A DNA stretch of 64,000 nt from Octopus vulgaris (taxonomy: Eukaryota): NCBI GenBank assembly GCA_951406725.2, contig OX597818.1:146940001-147004000 (forward strand), written 5' to 3'. Each line of letters begins with the position of its first letter. The stretch's first letter is position 1. Shown here piece after piece: positions 36,129-49,488 of this stretch. The position numbers were made by a program, and so were the translations under genes. The notes beneath the pieces are model-generated. The model was not told where the DNA came from. It saw only the letters and a program-made list of their open reading frames with translations, and ran no database searches.

Positions 36129-39100
36129 GTGTGTGTGCGGTTATGTATAAATAATTTATATATAGTATGTGTGTGTGTGTGTGTATATATATATATGTAT
36201 ATATATGTATATGTATATATATGTGTGTGTATATATATATATATATGTATATGTATATATGTGTATGTATGTATATGTATGTATATATATGTGTATGTAT
36301 ATATATATGTATGTATTTAGAGGCATGTAGGTGTGTATATAAATATATATATAGATACACTATGTAGTTGTGTGTGCATATATATGTGTGTATAATATGT
36401 ACAATGTATATATATATATATATTTATGAAATAACACAAATTGCGACTTTAATTATCATCTTAACACTTGCTGATTATTATTTACATGAGCTCTACATTG
36501 ATAATTAAGTTTTTAATCGCATTTGTATTTAAGCCATTTGTTATTTCCTAAACATGAGCATTCTTAATCTCATTATTTCCAGCTACTTTGTTACACCAGT
36601 CCTAACGGTGCTTTAATTTGGTTTTTGGCTGTTTCTCTATAGATCAATTATAAGATACTTGTTCAGTTGTTGTGTGTATTGTGTATAGTCATGTTAGAGA
36701 GTAATGGGGTCCCAGGACAGCCTTATTGTGCAGTAGCTGAGGCAAGTGTCTGTTGACTAGAGTTGACCAGTGCCTTGTGAATGGGTTTTGATAATTAAAC
36801 TGTATAAAAACCTGTTTTATGTAGGGTGGAGGGTTTGTGGCTGTGAGGTTAAGAAGCTTACTTCCCAGCTATGTGATCTTGGGTTCAGTCCCACTACATA
36901 GCATCATAGGCAATTATCTTCTATTATAGCCCTGAGCTGATGAAAGCCTACATAGGCATGCAAATAATCTTATAAGTGTATGCAATATGTGTGTACATAT
37001 ATATGCAGATTTGACATATTTCTATATACCTATGTGTGCATATATGTACTGAGTGGAAGTCTCTAGTATGTGCTAATGTGTATATACATATATCTATATA
37101 TAAACGTATATGTATATAATTGTGATTATATATATATATATATAATCACAATTATACATATATACTTGCCTACAAGCATATGAGACTGCAGGTATCAATA
37201 CACATTTAGATTTGTCTTATCATGTGGGTGTAGTAGTGCACATGAGTAAATGTGTGTGTGGGTATGTGAACATTGTGTGAAAATATGAATGTACTGTGTA
37301 TCTATATGCATACATGCATATGCTCCATGTGCTCTGAAGAATATATCCATGTATGCAACTACGTTTGTATATATATATATATGTATAACTGCGTGCAGAT
37401 ATGATTGGCTGACACTCATGCATGTAATGTATACTGGCATGTACCCAGGAATAAACTTATTAATGTGCACGTCTGTTTGTCTGTGCATTTAACTGTTAAA
37501 AATCTCTCAATATAGTGGAACTGAAATGTAAATCTCCCAGCTAAAACCATATTATCCCATCTGAGGAGTTTTCTATGCACTGTGCGTTGCTTCTGGTGTT
37601 ATTGCATTGTTCTATACCCACAAGGGAGTAATGCACCTTGAAGATGAAACAATTGCTGTGGTAATAAAATTTTTTTTTGTTGGTACATTCTGCCTTGTCT
37701 ATTTATCTTTAATAAAAAAATAGATAAAAATATATATGGCAAATGAAAGATAGAAGATGGAATTTATGTGAGGATTTATTATTAATCACAACAATTGTTT
37801 CGAGACATCTAACATCTATCTCTCATGGGTGAGACACTCAACAATTGGTTCAGGGTATCCAGCGGTGGAGATGTATCTTATCGGGTGATAAATAGATAGA
37901 ACTCATTAAAATAACAGTTCCGCAATGTAATTTCTCGTTTTGTAGAAAGAAAAGCAGCCAGATGGAGGAAATACCTTCATTTATATAGAAGATCAAAAAT
38001 AAAATCACAGATGGAAAAAAAGAAAAATGAACACACAATACAGCAAGAAAGGTATATAAATAGCCATTAACAAATATGAGCATTATATATAAAATATATA
38101 TATATAAAAGTTTGTGTCTTTATTCTACACCACTACTTGTTTGTTTTCATTCCCATAACTTAGCAGTTTGGTAGAAGAGATTGAGAGAATAAGTACTGAA
38201 CTTTTAGAAAATAAGTACTAGGGTCAATTTGTTCAAATAGACCCTTCAAGACAGTCTTCTGGCATGGCTGCAGTTCAATGACTGAAATAAGTAAAAGATA
38301 TATATGTATAAGTTTAAAAAAATAAGGAATGTCAGTTGTGTATATAGCAAGGTAGTTAGCTATTGATTTATCTACAGGGGTCAGACAAAATAATAGAAAC
38401 ACCTAGCATCATAATTTTGAAATAGTTATAAAACCGTTGAAAGCTTGTTTATTTTTGCTTTTTGGTTTATTATTAGTGTTGCTTAATGTTTTGCTAAAAT
38501 TGCCGTTACTATTCAGATATCATCAGAAAAAGGTAATTAAAATTCATTAAAATGACAGATCTATCAGACTTTCAAAGAGGTCAAACTGTTGGTGCTTGTA
38601 TGGCAAGTGCTAACATAATGAAAACAGCTAAAATGTTTGGTGTATCAAGAAGTACTGTCTCGAAAGTAATGACAGCTTTTGAGAAAGAGGGAAAAAATGC
38701 CTCATTGAAACAAAACTCCAGAAGAAAACCAAAATTTTCAGGTAGGGAACACCAGACTTTTACGTGAATTGTTATAAAGGATCACAAATGTACAGCTCCC
38801 AAAATTACTGCAGAGCTTAATGACCACCTCAAGAACCCAGTTTCCACAAAAACTGTTCGCCAGGAGCTGCACAAAGCCAGATTTCATGAGCGGGCTACAA
38901 TCAAAAACCACTACTTTCAAAAACAAATCTTGTAAAGCATTTAGAGTGGAGTAAAAACCTACAGAATTGGTCCCTAGAACAGTGGGAGAATGTTATTTTC
39001 TCAGACGAGTCATCCTTTACCTTATTTCCGACCACCAGCCAAGTATACGTGTGAAGACAGCCAAAAGAAGCATTTGACCCAGAGTGCCTTCTTCCAACTG

Positions 39101-39770
39101 TTAAACATGAAGGATCTGTGATGATCGGCGGGGTGGCTATATCTTGGAAATCCACCAGTCCAACGGTTTCCCTTCATGGCAGAATTAATAGTCAAGAGTA
39201 TTTAAGCATTTTATCTAATCAAATTCATCCTATGGTTGCAGAACTATTTCCGAAGGGAAACACAATCTTTCAGAATGATAATGTACCAATTCACACAGCT
39301 AAAGTTGTTACTGAATGGCACAAGGAACATTCTTGCGAAGTTGAACATCTTACCTGGCCACCACATTCCCCAGATCCCAATATTATTGAATATTTATGGT
39401 GTATTTCGGAAAAACATGTAAGGAGTCGATATCCCCCAGCATCATCACTACAAGAACTGGAGACTGTTTTAGCTGAAGAATGGACAAAAATTCCTTTGGG
39501 AACAATTCAAACTTTATACGAGTCCATACCTCATAGAATTCAAGCTGTAATTACGGCATACTCCATGTTAAAATAAATTTGTTTGAAATTTTAAGGTGTT
39601 TCCATTATTTTGACCAACCCTTGCATATAACTAGCCATCTATGGTTATCAATCTATCTTTTTCTCTTTCCTTTTTCCTGACCTCTCCCTCTTTTCCCCAT
39701 TTTCTCTTTCTTTCTTTCTCTCCCTCTTTCACTGTCTTTTTTAAATTTTCTCTTTTTCTCTCTTTCTTTC

Positions 39771-39806
<36 letters not shown>

Positions 39807-40488
39807 TCTTTAGATTAAGTCTTTTAATTTGGGTTTGATAAAGTAAGTACTAGTTGAGCATTAGGGTTATGTAACTGACTAACCCTAACCCCTCAAATTT
39901 CAGGCCTTATGTCTGTAGTAGAAAAAAAACAACATTATTGTTATTGATGCAGGATATACCATCCTGCAACCATCCAATGCAGATGTTTCCCTTCTCTTTA
40001 AGACAGCATCATTTCCCAGTCAGACATGCATTCGCTATATCAATAAACAAAATATTCAAGAGAAAAGCTTAACAAAATATCGCATTTATTTCCCGACTAC
40101 ATTATTCTCATGTTATAAGTTGGAGATTCACCACATTTAAAGATGTCTACTGATCACAATCAATTTGCTAAATCACAGACATTCAAATTATGTTAACTGC
40201 TAAATTCAAGAAAAATGTATTCTACACAGACATCGTTAGATTATTAAAATTTCTTATTTGGAGAATGTTGTATATAATATTGTATATAGAACTGAAAAAA
40301 AAAAAAACAAGGTAAAAATTGATATGTATTTTGTTCTGTTAAGTGTTTCTTTTATTTAAGCATTGCTTTACCTTTGACATATGTCTTTCCTGAATATAAA
40401 TATCTCCTAATATAATATAGTAATGAGCGTAGTGTTTATATATATTTGTGTGTGTATATATATAACCACTACGTTCATTATTATATTA

Positions 40489-40526
<38 letters not shown>

Positions 40527-43500
40527 CCAAAATCACACAGTAGAAGTGAATGGTGAAGGGAGGGGAGAGAAAATAGTAATTCAGCGAAGGAGAAGTAGTG
40601 AGAGTAATAGTCATGACTGAGAGGGAGGGAGAGAAAGTAATGGCAGTGAGAAAGAGGAAGTGGTGAAGAGAGCGTCGTGTATCTTCTACTATAATAATAC
40701 TCTTGTGTATTTCTCCGTCACAACATAAATGAGAAAGGAAGGGGTGATCTATCGATGGAAGTGGGATTATGAAAAGTCAACGGTGAAACCAAACCAAACA
40801 GTGCTTCAACTCTGTGAGTATCTGTCTGTGTGTGTGTGTGTAAAAGTGAGGAATGTGAATGTTTGTTTGTGTGAGAGTGTATGTGTGTGTGTTTGTGTAA
40901 AATATATTTATATATTTGAGTGAGTGTATATGTGTTTGTGTATGTTTATTCAGAAAGCTACATAGAAAATAGAATTACAGACACACGTGCATTTACACAC
41001 TTAAAAAGGAAGGAAGTGGGCTGTGACAAAGTAGAGAAAACCACATTTGCTGCAGATTGTGCTACTCATACATATAAATGCATACACATGCACACCTGCA
41101 TGCACACACACAAAAACACACACATATACTCACACAGAGTTGAAGCAATGTTTGATTTTTTTTCCCCTTTTATACCCTTTTTAGGAGTGGCTGTGTGGTA
41201 AGTAGCTTGCTTACGAACCACATGGTTCTGGGTTCAGTCCCACTGCATGGCACCTTGGGCAAGTGTCTTCTACTATAGTCTCGGGCTGACCAAAACCTTG
41301 TGAGTGGATTTGGTAGACGGAAACTGAAAGAAGCCCGTTGTATATATGTATATATATATATATGTGAATAAATGCTAGGCTTACAAAGAATAAGTCCTCG
41401 GGTCGATTTGCCCGACTATAGGCGGTGCTCCAGCATTGCCACAGTCACATGACTGAAACAAGTAAAGCGTATAAAATACTACAATTAGCTGTCATATTTG
41501 ACAGCAAAGGGTCAGCTAGTATATCTATATTTCAGTGAAGAAGAAGCCATCTTATCTAATGCTCTAACAATTCTGCAATCCACCACCCAAAATTGGAACT
41601 TCATTTATTGACGCAGGAGGGATGAAACTCTGACTTAATGAGATTTGAACACAGAATGCTGAGAGTCAGAACAAATATCACAAGGCATCTTTTCTATGCT
41701 CTCACAACTCTTCAAATTCATGGCTACCATCTTATATACTTGACCAATGCATCATACCCACCTCACTGGGTCTTTAAAACATATTTCCATTTGCAATATT
41801 TATATCTCAACTTGGTGTATAGTTGATTATATTAACCATTTTAATTGAACCTGATAAAATGAGAATTCAATTTTGCCTTTCATCCTTTACATCAAATACA
41901 GGAATCAATATAAACAACTATATCTTCATTAAAATTGGAGACTTATACCTATGCAAAGAATCAAATAATGATTTAACATAGCCACAACACCACCAGTATT
42001 ATATAGAAGACATGGTTAAGTGGTTAAGAAGCTAGTTTCACAATCGTGAGGTCCCAGGTTCACCCTCCCTGCATGGCATCATAGACAGCTGTTTTTACTA
42101 TAGCCTTGGGCTGAATCCTTGTGAGTGGAAACATATCAGATGGAGTATATTTATAACTTAATGATTAAATATTCTTTTCTACTCTAGGCACAAGGCCCGA
42201 AATTTTGGGGGAGGAGGTGCCAGTTGATTAGATTGACCCCAGTATGCAACTGGTACTTAATTTATCGACCCTGAAAGAATGAAAGGTAAAGTTGACCTTG
42301 GCGAAATTTGAATTCAGAACATAAAGACAGACAAAATACTGCTAAGCTTTCACCTGGCATGCTAATATTTATTGCCCACAAGGAGCCAAACATAGAGGGG
42401 ACAGACAAGGATAGACAAATGGATCAAGTCGATTACATCGACCCCAGTGCGTAACTTAATTTATCGACCCCGAAAGGATGAAAGGCAAAATCGACCTCAG
42501 CGGAATTTGAACTCAGAACGTAACAGTAGATGAAATACCGCTAAGCATTTCACCCAGCTTGCTGCCTTCATTTAATGATCAAATATTGTCATATTGTGTC
42601 ACACTGACTTCAGTTGAGGAATTACATAAAAAGTACATGTCTGTAAAATAGCTACTTACATGTTAATTTAAAGAGTTGAGTATACAGTTGATTGACTTCA
42701 ATGTTGAAACCAAAAAAGGAGGATCTATCATAATTTTATTATCTACAGTTATGTCATCTTATTAAATACCTAAAATTATATTCTCTTACTGACTCTCAAG
42801 AGCAGGAAAATAAAGTCAATTCTTGGACGATTTGAACTCCAAACATTGAAGGACAAAATATATTACACCACATTACTACTTCTCTACTGAATATTTCTCC
42901 ATTATAATAATTGCTTCTAATATAGGGACAAGGCCTGAAATTTGAAGAAGAGGTTGATTAGATTCACCCCAGTACTTGACGAGTACATTATTTATTGACC
43001 CTGATAAGATGAAAAGCTAAGATGACTTTGGCCGGGTTTCAATTGAGAATGACAGCTCACAACAAACACTGCAAGGCATTTTTTTCCATTGCTCTGACAA
43101 TTCTGTGGAAAGTTATTTTATGTTTCAGTTATGTTTTATTTTTCGATGTTTCAACAATTATTTCAACATTTTTCTTCTTTTAGATAAAATTTTACGTGAT
43201 TAAGACTTCTGCAAACTTTATTAATTATTCATTTCTTTTGACAATGCTCAAGGCTCATAATCACCATCACCATCACCATCATCAGCATTTAATGCCTATT
43301 TTCTATGCTGCCATAGGTTGGGCAGCTTGACAGGAACTGGCAAGGATTGGGGTCGTACCAGGTTCCATTGCTTGTTTTAGCTTGGTTTCTACAGCTGGGT
43401 GCCCTTCTTAATGCCAACCCCTTTACAGAGTGTCGTGGGTACTTTTTACATGACACCATCACCAGTGCTTTTTGTGTGGCACCAGCACCTCCACGGATGC

Positions 43501-46500
43501 ATTTTATGTGGCACTTTGGTTTTGGGATATCAATTCTGTTGTGGTGGGTGGGTTTTCTCAATTGTTTGTAAACCAATGGTCTATACACACGCATACACAC
43601 CACCACCATCACCATGAAAAAGAAAAGAATGCCATTACCAGGATGCTTTTTATCATAGGTTTGTTCAATCAACCTTGGGTTGAAGAACAAAGCAAAACAC
43701 TTGCACAATTTTTTTAAATATTAACAGCAAAAACACATCACAGTGAGAGAAGTCATTGATTTATATGCTTCTTCCTGATCAATATTGTTTTCCATCAATA
43801 TATTGCATTTACTTGTGTAATATGTAAGAAATCTAATACAAACCATCTGAACCGAAACTAGTGAGGGGGGGGTAGTGTTATACTCAAGTATAAAACAAAA
43901 GATAAGGAGATAAAATATATTACTGACTTTTCAGTACAAAAATAAGGGTCACATATTTGAAATGGAAGGTGTGTAAAACAAAATACTTTCAGGTATTTCT
44001 GGACTCTTCACATTCTGAGTCCAAATGCTGCTATGACCAAATTTGCCTTTTATTTTCCAACATTCACTAAAATAAAGCATCAGTCAAGTACTGGAGTTGA
44101 TATATTGGCTAAGCACCTCCCTCAAAATTGCTGGCTTTGTGCCTAAATTAGAAACAATTATTCAAATTAATATAATGAACAAAAAGTGGAGTGGTGAGAA
44201 AATTGAGCTTCCTTGATTTTGTTTTTTTCACTTGTTTGTTTCTGTTTGTTATAAACCACACACATACACACATATTTTTATTTATTGATTGGTTGATTGA
44301 TTCATTTGTCTGTTCTTTCAGTTTGTGCTGAAGCTTATGATCCAGAACAAGATCAAGGGGAGGAAGAAGTAAAAGTAAGAAAGTAACAAAATTACAATTA
44401 AAAATTAATTACACTTGTTTAATAAGTCTTTTAATCTGAACAGTCAATGTTGTGATGTTCTTTTCAATGTGATGGTTAGCCAAGCAGATGTGAGATTTGA
44501 GGTCACACAACTTTACAAATTCTTTTTTTCTATTTTCTAAATTAGATATATGTAATACCATACCTTGATATAGCGTGAACTGAAATCCTTGTTGAAGGCC
44601 TCTGACATATGTAGTCATAGTTACTTACTTTAAGTCTTTTAATTTGGTTGGTCAAAGTTGTAATGTCACTTTGGTGTAGACATTAAAACAGCTATATGGT
44701 TTATAACAGACATAGTGTTTGAATCCTGCAGGCAATGTTACAACTTTTTCCATTGTCTTTTATATTAGATACATATTTACTACAACAGTTTATGCTTGCT
44801 GATTTTGCTTTAAATTGCTTAGAAGAGGAAGGTCAGTGCCCATTAGCCCTTTTCAGCACCTCCAAGACAGGCAGGAGACTGGAAGGAAAGAAGTTATTCT
44901 CTGGCCAGAGATCTGGCCTGAATGCTTTCAGCCATGGACTTCATCAAAGCAGTCAAAAGCTAGGTGGTGGTGGTGTTTAACAGAGCAACTGATTATATAT
45001 GAACCACCCAAGAAGTGAACAGTCCCACTAAAATGTCCCAGTTTCCATCTACCAAATTTTACTTGTAAGGTGAGGTTGTGGCATAAGACACTTGTCCAAG
45101 GTACTATGCATTGTTGGGATTGAAGCCAAAGCTACATCACTGTCATTACTGTGTAACTTGAAATGGGGGAGTACCTGGCTCTATGATATAGTGCATTACC
45201 AAATCCAGGAATCAAACCCACAACTTTATGATCATAAGCCCAACACTGTAACCACTGGGCCAAACACACAAGAGATGTGACAGTCACAAGAAGAATGCCT
45301 TTGATCATGACCGAAGATCTGGGACTAAACTAAAACGGTAATTATTTGACTGTAAGTAATTCAACACTTGTTTAGTATGGAAGACTTCTTTACATGACTA
45401 TTACAAGCTTCAGTGGAAGGCAGAATCTTTCTAGCAAAGGTCACCAACTCCTTCCGTTTTTTGACATTTTATGAAGAACTACTGTTATAACATCTATCTC
45501 AACTTCCATTATTTTTTTCTATCAAACATTAACTACTTGACCAAGAAGTTCATATACTTGACTAACCATCCAGAAATTGTAAAGTCAACCACAGCCCAAG
45601 GCATTCAGTTATTTTATCAAAATCCGTTTTAGATTGAGTTCTCTATTAATACCGCTTTAGGAAAATACACCCACTTTTTACTTTTTTGTTTATTTTTATA
45701 CTAGTTCTTAACATTTGAAATGTAACTTTTTAATATTTCATTCCTTTAGCCGAATTTTCAGACACTAGATTGACAGTAGAATATTAAGATAGATTAAACA
45801 TATAAAAACATAATAGTAACTGTATTTTATTGGCCATAACTGTAATATAGCAGAATTTTGTATGGATTTGGAGAACATGGGGTGGAAGGAGAGTGTTAGG
45901 TAGTTTCTTTTTTTTTTTTCCAGAAGTAGAGGTATTGTCCATGGTTTTTGCAGGCCATCTGAGAATGGTGAGATTGATACCATTAACAATCTGCTTGAAC
46001 TGCTACAAGTAGACATCTGCAGTAAAGAAATAGTTGAGAGGGAGTTCTAAAGGGCCAACATTCTAGGAAAGAAGAACTGAGTATATTGATTAATGCAGAG
46101 CCTGGTGGGTGGTGGGGTGCATAAATGGTTAATGAGAGAAAAAGATATGAGTGGGTCAAGAGTAACTGATTACAGTGTTATGAGACAAGCCAGCTCCAAG
46201 TAGCATAGCTAGAGTGTGTGGTACCCAAGGCAGTTCTGTTTGCTTCCCCACTTCAGGCTCCAAACTATACAGGCTATACCACACAGACCCAAAAGGTCTT
46301 CCCCCATAAAAGCATCACCCCAGTCAGATTGATTCTCTTTGCCCATCCCACCTCCAACTACACTACTGAATAGCAGAAACCATTATAGTAACTGCAGCAA
46401 AAGCAGAGGGAAGATGATATGCTCTGGACCAGGGCTGGAGCATGTCAGTGTGTGACTTTATGCCAATTTCTCAAGTGGCCTTTCTCTGGAAGCAACCTAG

Positions 46501-47696
46501 GATGTCTGTATGTGCAACAGCAGCAACCATACCATCTACATGTGGTAGCAATACTCCAATGTGAGTTTCACCTGACTTTTATGGAGCTGCTTCTAATATT
46601 GATGCCATTATCTTTGAGAACAAATGTTAAGAGTTAGTTCATTAGTTGTGGTTTTTGCAGTATAGAGCAAGTAAAACCAAACATTTTCTTCATAAGATAC
46701 TAATTAAATTTAGTTAACTTCCGCAGAAGTTGGCTCACTGACTGACTGACCTTGGACAGCAATAATGACTTGACCTTAAGTAACAGAACACTTGCTTTAT
46801 GAAGAAGACTTCTTTAGATGGCTATTTCAAGCTTCAGAAGAATACATAGTATTTTTTAAGGAAAAGTCATCAGCCAATAGACTAGGTCAGAAATGACAAA
46901 CTTATAATAGTTTTGTCATCAGTGGCAGACTTCACAGTCTTAGGTGGGACACAATGGACTTTGAAGACAATTCTTCCCACAATACAATGTTATATAAACC
47001 TTTTCTATAAACATTTATCTAAAACTAAAATACATGTTTCCTGTATATGACACTTCAGTGACAGAATTACTGAAGAAATTAAAATCTTGATATGCCAGAC
47101 TAAAATGATTCTCCATCACTGACCGAGGTAAACTGAGGCCTATTGAGTTGAATAGAGTTGAGTTTCTTGCAGTAAGAAACAATAAAATACTTGCTACATA
47201 ATATAAAACCCCAAGACCCATGAACCTAGAATCAAAGGCCTTATTAAAAACAATTTAGAGAGTTTGTTGTGAAGATAATTTGTCAAACTCTTTGATGTTC
47301 TAAGATTGTATATTTTATAGTTTCAAAATGCTTTCTACCAGTCATGAACAGCATGAAACGAAACATCTGGGAGGACATATTCTAAACTTATATTCAATAT
47401 AGATATATGCATGTTTCACATCTTGTTTATTCATTAATATTCAACTTGCTTCATTGCATTTCTATTTCTGCATTTTTATGCTGGTTGGACTTGAACATGC
47501 ATTTTCTGGCAATATTCTTTGTTCAGATGCCTCTTTCTGGTGCCAATTCTTTTTTTACTTTTAAGTAAGGTGTTTTATTCCACTGGTTTTTGTGTATCAA
47601 GTTACAAAACTGCAGGATATAAACAAATGTCTCCACTACCGAAGCAGCTGTGTCAATGTGAAGCAATGTGGAGAGAAACACACATCTATCTATCTA

Positions 47697-47756
<60 letters not shown>

Positions 47757-49452
47757 TATATATAGTGATAGGAAAGGCATCTGGCTCAAAACGTGTCTGT
47801 CCAACCTATTCTGTGTGAAAAAAACATGTCCATTTTTTTCATGCAGAATGAGTTGGAGGGATATATATGAATATGTGAAAGGCTTACACACAGTTTTTTA
47901 CTGAACAAATTTCCCTCACAAGGTATTGGTTATCCCAAGACTAAAATAAAAGACATTTGTTAAAGGTGCCATGCAGTGGGATGGAACCCAAAGCCATGTG
48001 GTTGCAAAGCAAACTTTTTAACCACATATTCATGCTTCCACACAAGAAGAGAAATTTCAAATGTGGAAGCAAGGTCTGGAATCTAAGGGCCTTGGAGTTA
48101 ATTTAACAAAGACCAAAAATCCTAGTAGGGAAACAGACAAATCACAAATCTCTTCAGGGACATGGCCCTACTTAATTCTCAATAAGAAAGGTGTTGGTTG
48201 AAACTCCAAACAGTGTACCCAATGCAAGCTATGGATACATAAGAGCCAAGTATCACCTCAGTAATAAGAGGGCTACCTCTGTCATGTTCTAATCTCTTGG
48301 TTCCACTCCCTCTCTTAGCTGAGAGGTCCTTGTCTTGCAAACTTGCAGGTGTTGGTGCAATATAAAAGCACCCATTTTGGTGCCAAGAAAAAAAGCATCC
48401 ATGCTGGTGCCGCACAATAAGTGCCTGTGCCAGTACCAAGTAAAAAGGACCCAGGTCACTGACATAAAAAGCACCCATACTGCTAAACTGCTTTGTCTAG
48501 ATTTAAGGTTTCTCCTACAAATAACATGAGTGCTTTCTTATGGCACCTTCTATTCAACCACATAAAATTTATTCTTCCAGATTAGACAACCACCATTGAT
48601 AAGCTAACAATAAAATTGAAACTGCATATGTACTTAAAAATGTGGTCACAATACTTCAAAAGCATCAACAGATTTTTCTTGCCTGATGAACATCTTCAAG
48701 TTGTTTTCTTTCAAACTGTTTCAATGTTTATTGAATCTTTACTCTGAATCAGTCAGCAACCATGACAGGGGTGGGACTAAATTATTGTTTGAAATATGTA
48801 GAATATACTAACTATAACCTCCTTCTAGCTTTAAAAGAAAGAATTCTAAAGAAAAATCTCAGAATTATCCTTTTGTAAACCCAAGATTTCTTAATGCTAT
48901 ACATTTCTTAATACTGTACATAGATAACATATTGTTTAGAAAATTATTTATTATATGTTCATGAACGTATTTTTGCATGAAGGTGTTTGTATAGCTTATA
49001 ATGAGTTGGCATTTTTGCTATTCACCGTTCAGGTAATACATCCTAAAAATGATGAACAAAGAAAACGATTGAATGAGGCAACAAGGAATATTTTGCTGTT
49101 TAGAAATTTGGAGCCAGTAAGTAATTGAAAAACAAATCTTTTTCTTCTATCTTTCAAATTTAAAAATAAACACTAAAAAATACAGATTCTACCTCTCTTT
49201 TCTTATTCTTTTTCGTATTTTCCTTTTTCAAAAGCAAAAATATAAGAATATTATATTTATAAATAAAAACAAAATGTCAATACTGTCCTGTATTTGTTAT
49301 AGCTGCCTGAAGCTGGGAAAATTAACAGCTGACTGCTAAACATGTTATAAAGACAATACAGCAAACTTAAAATCAAAACGTTCTTGAATGCACAAACAGC
49401 ATTTTTCTAATTCATTTTATTTTATCCTTTAATGTTCTGTTTTGCTTCATTC

Positions 49453-49488
<36 letters not shown>

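Noticed and set aside
37115-37156. 42-bp perfect palindrome centred on (TA)n
   Set aside because: Mostly self-complementary TA repeat with short unique arms; likely a local foldback slippage product.
41184-41255. tRNA-like sequences with A and B boxes
   Set aside because: They continue into SINE bodies and do not form complete cloverleaves; they are SINE heads, not tRNA genes.
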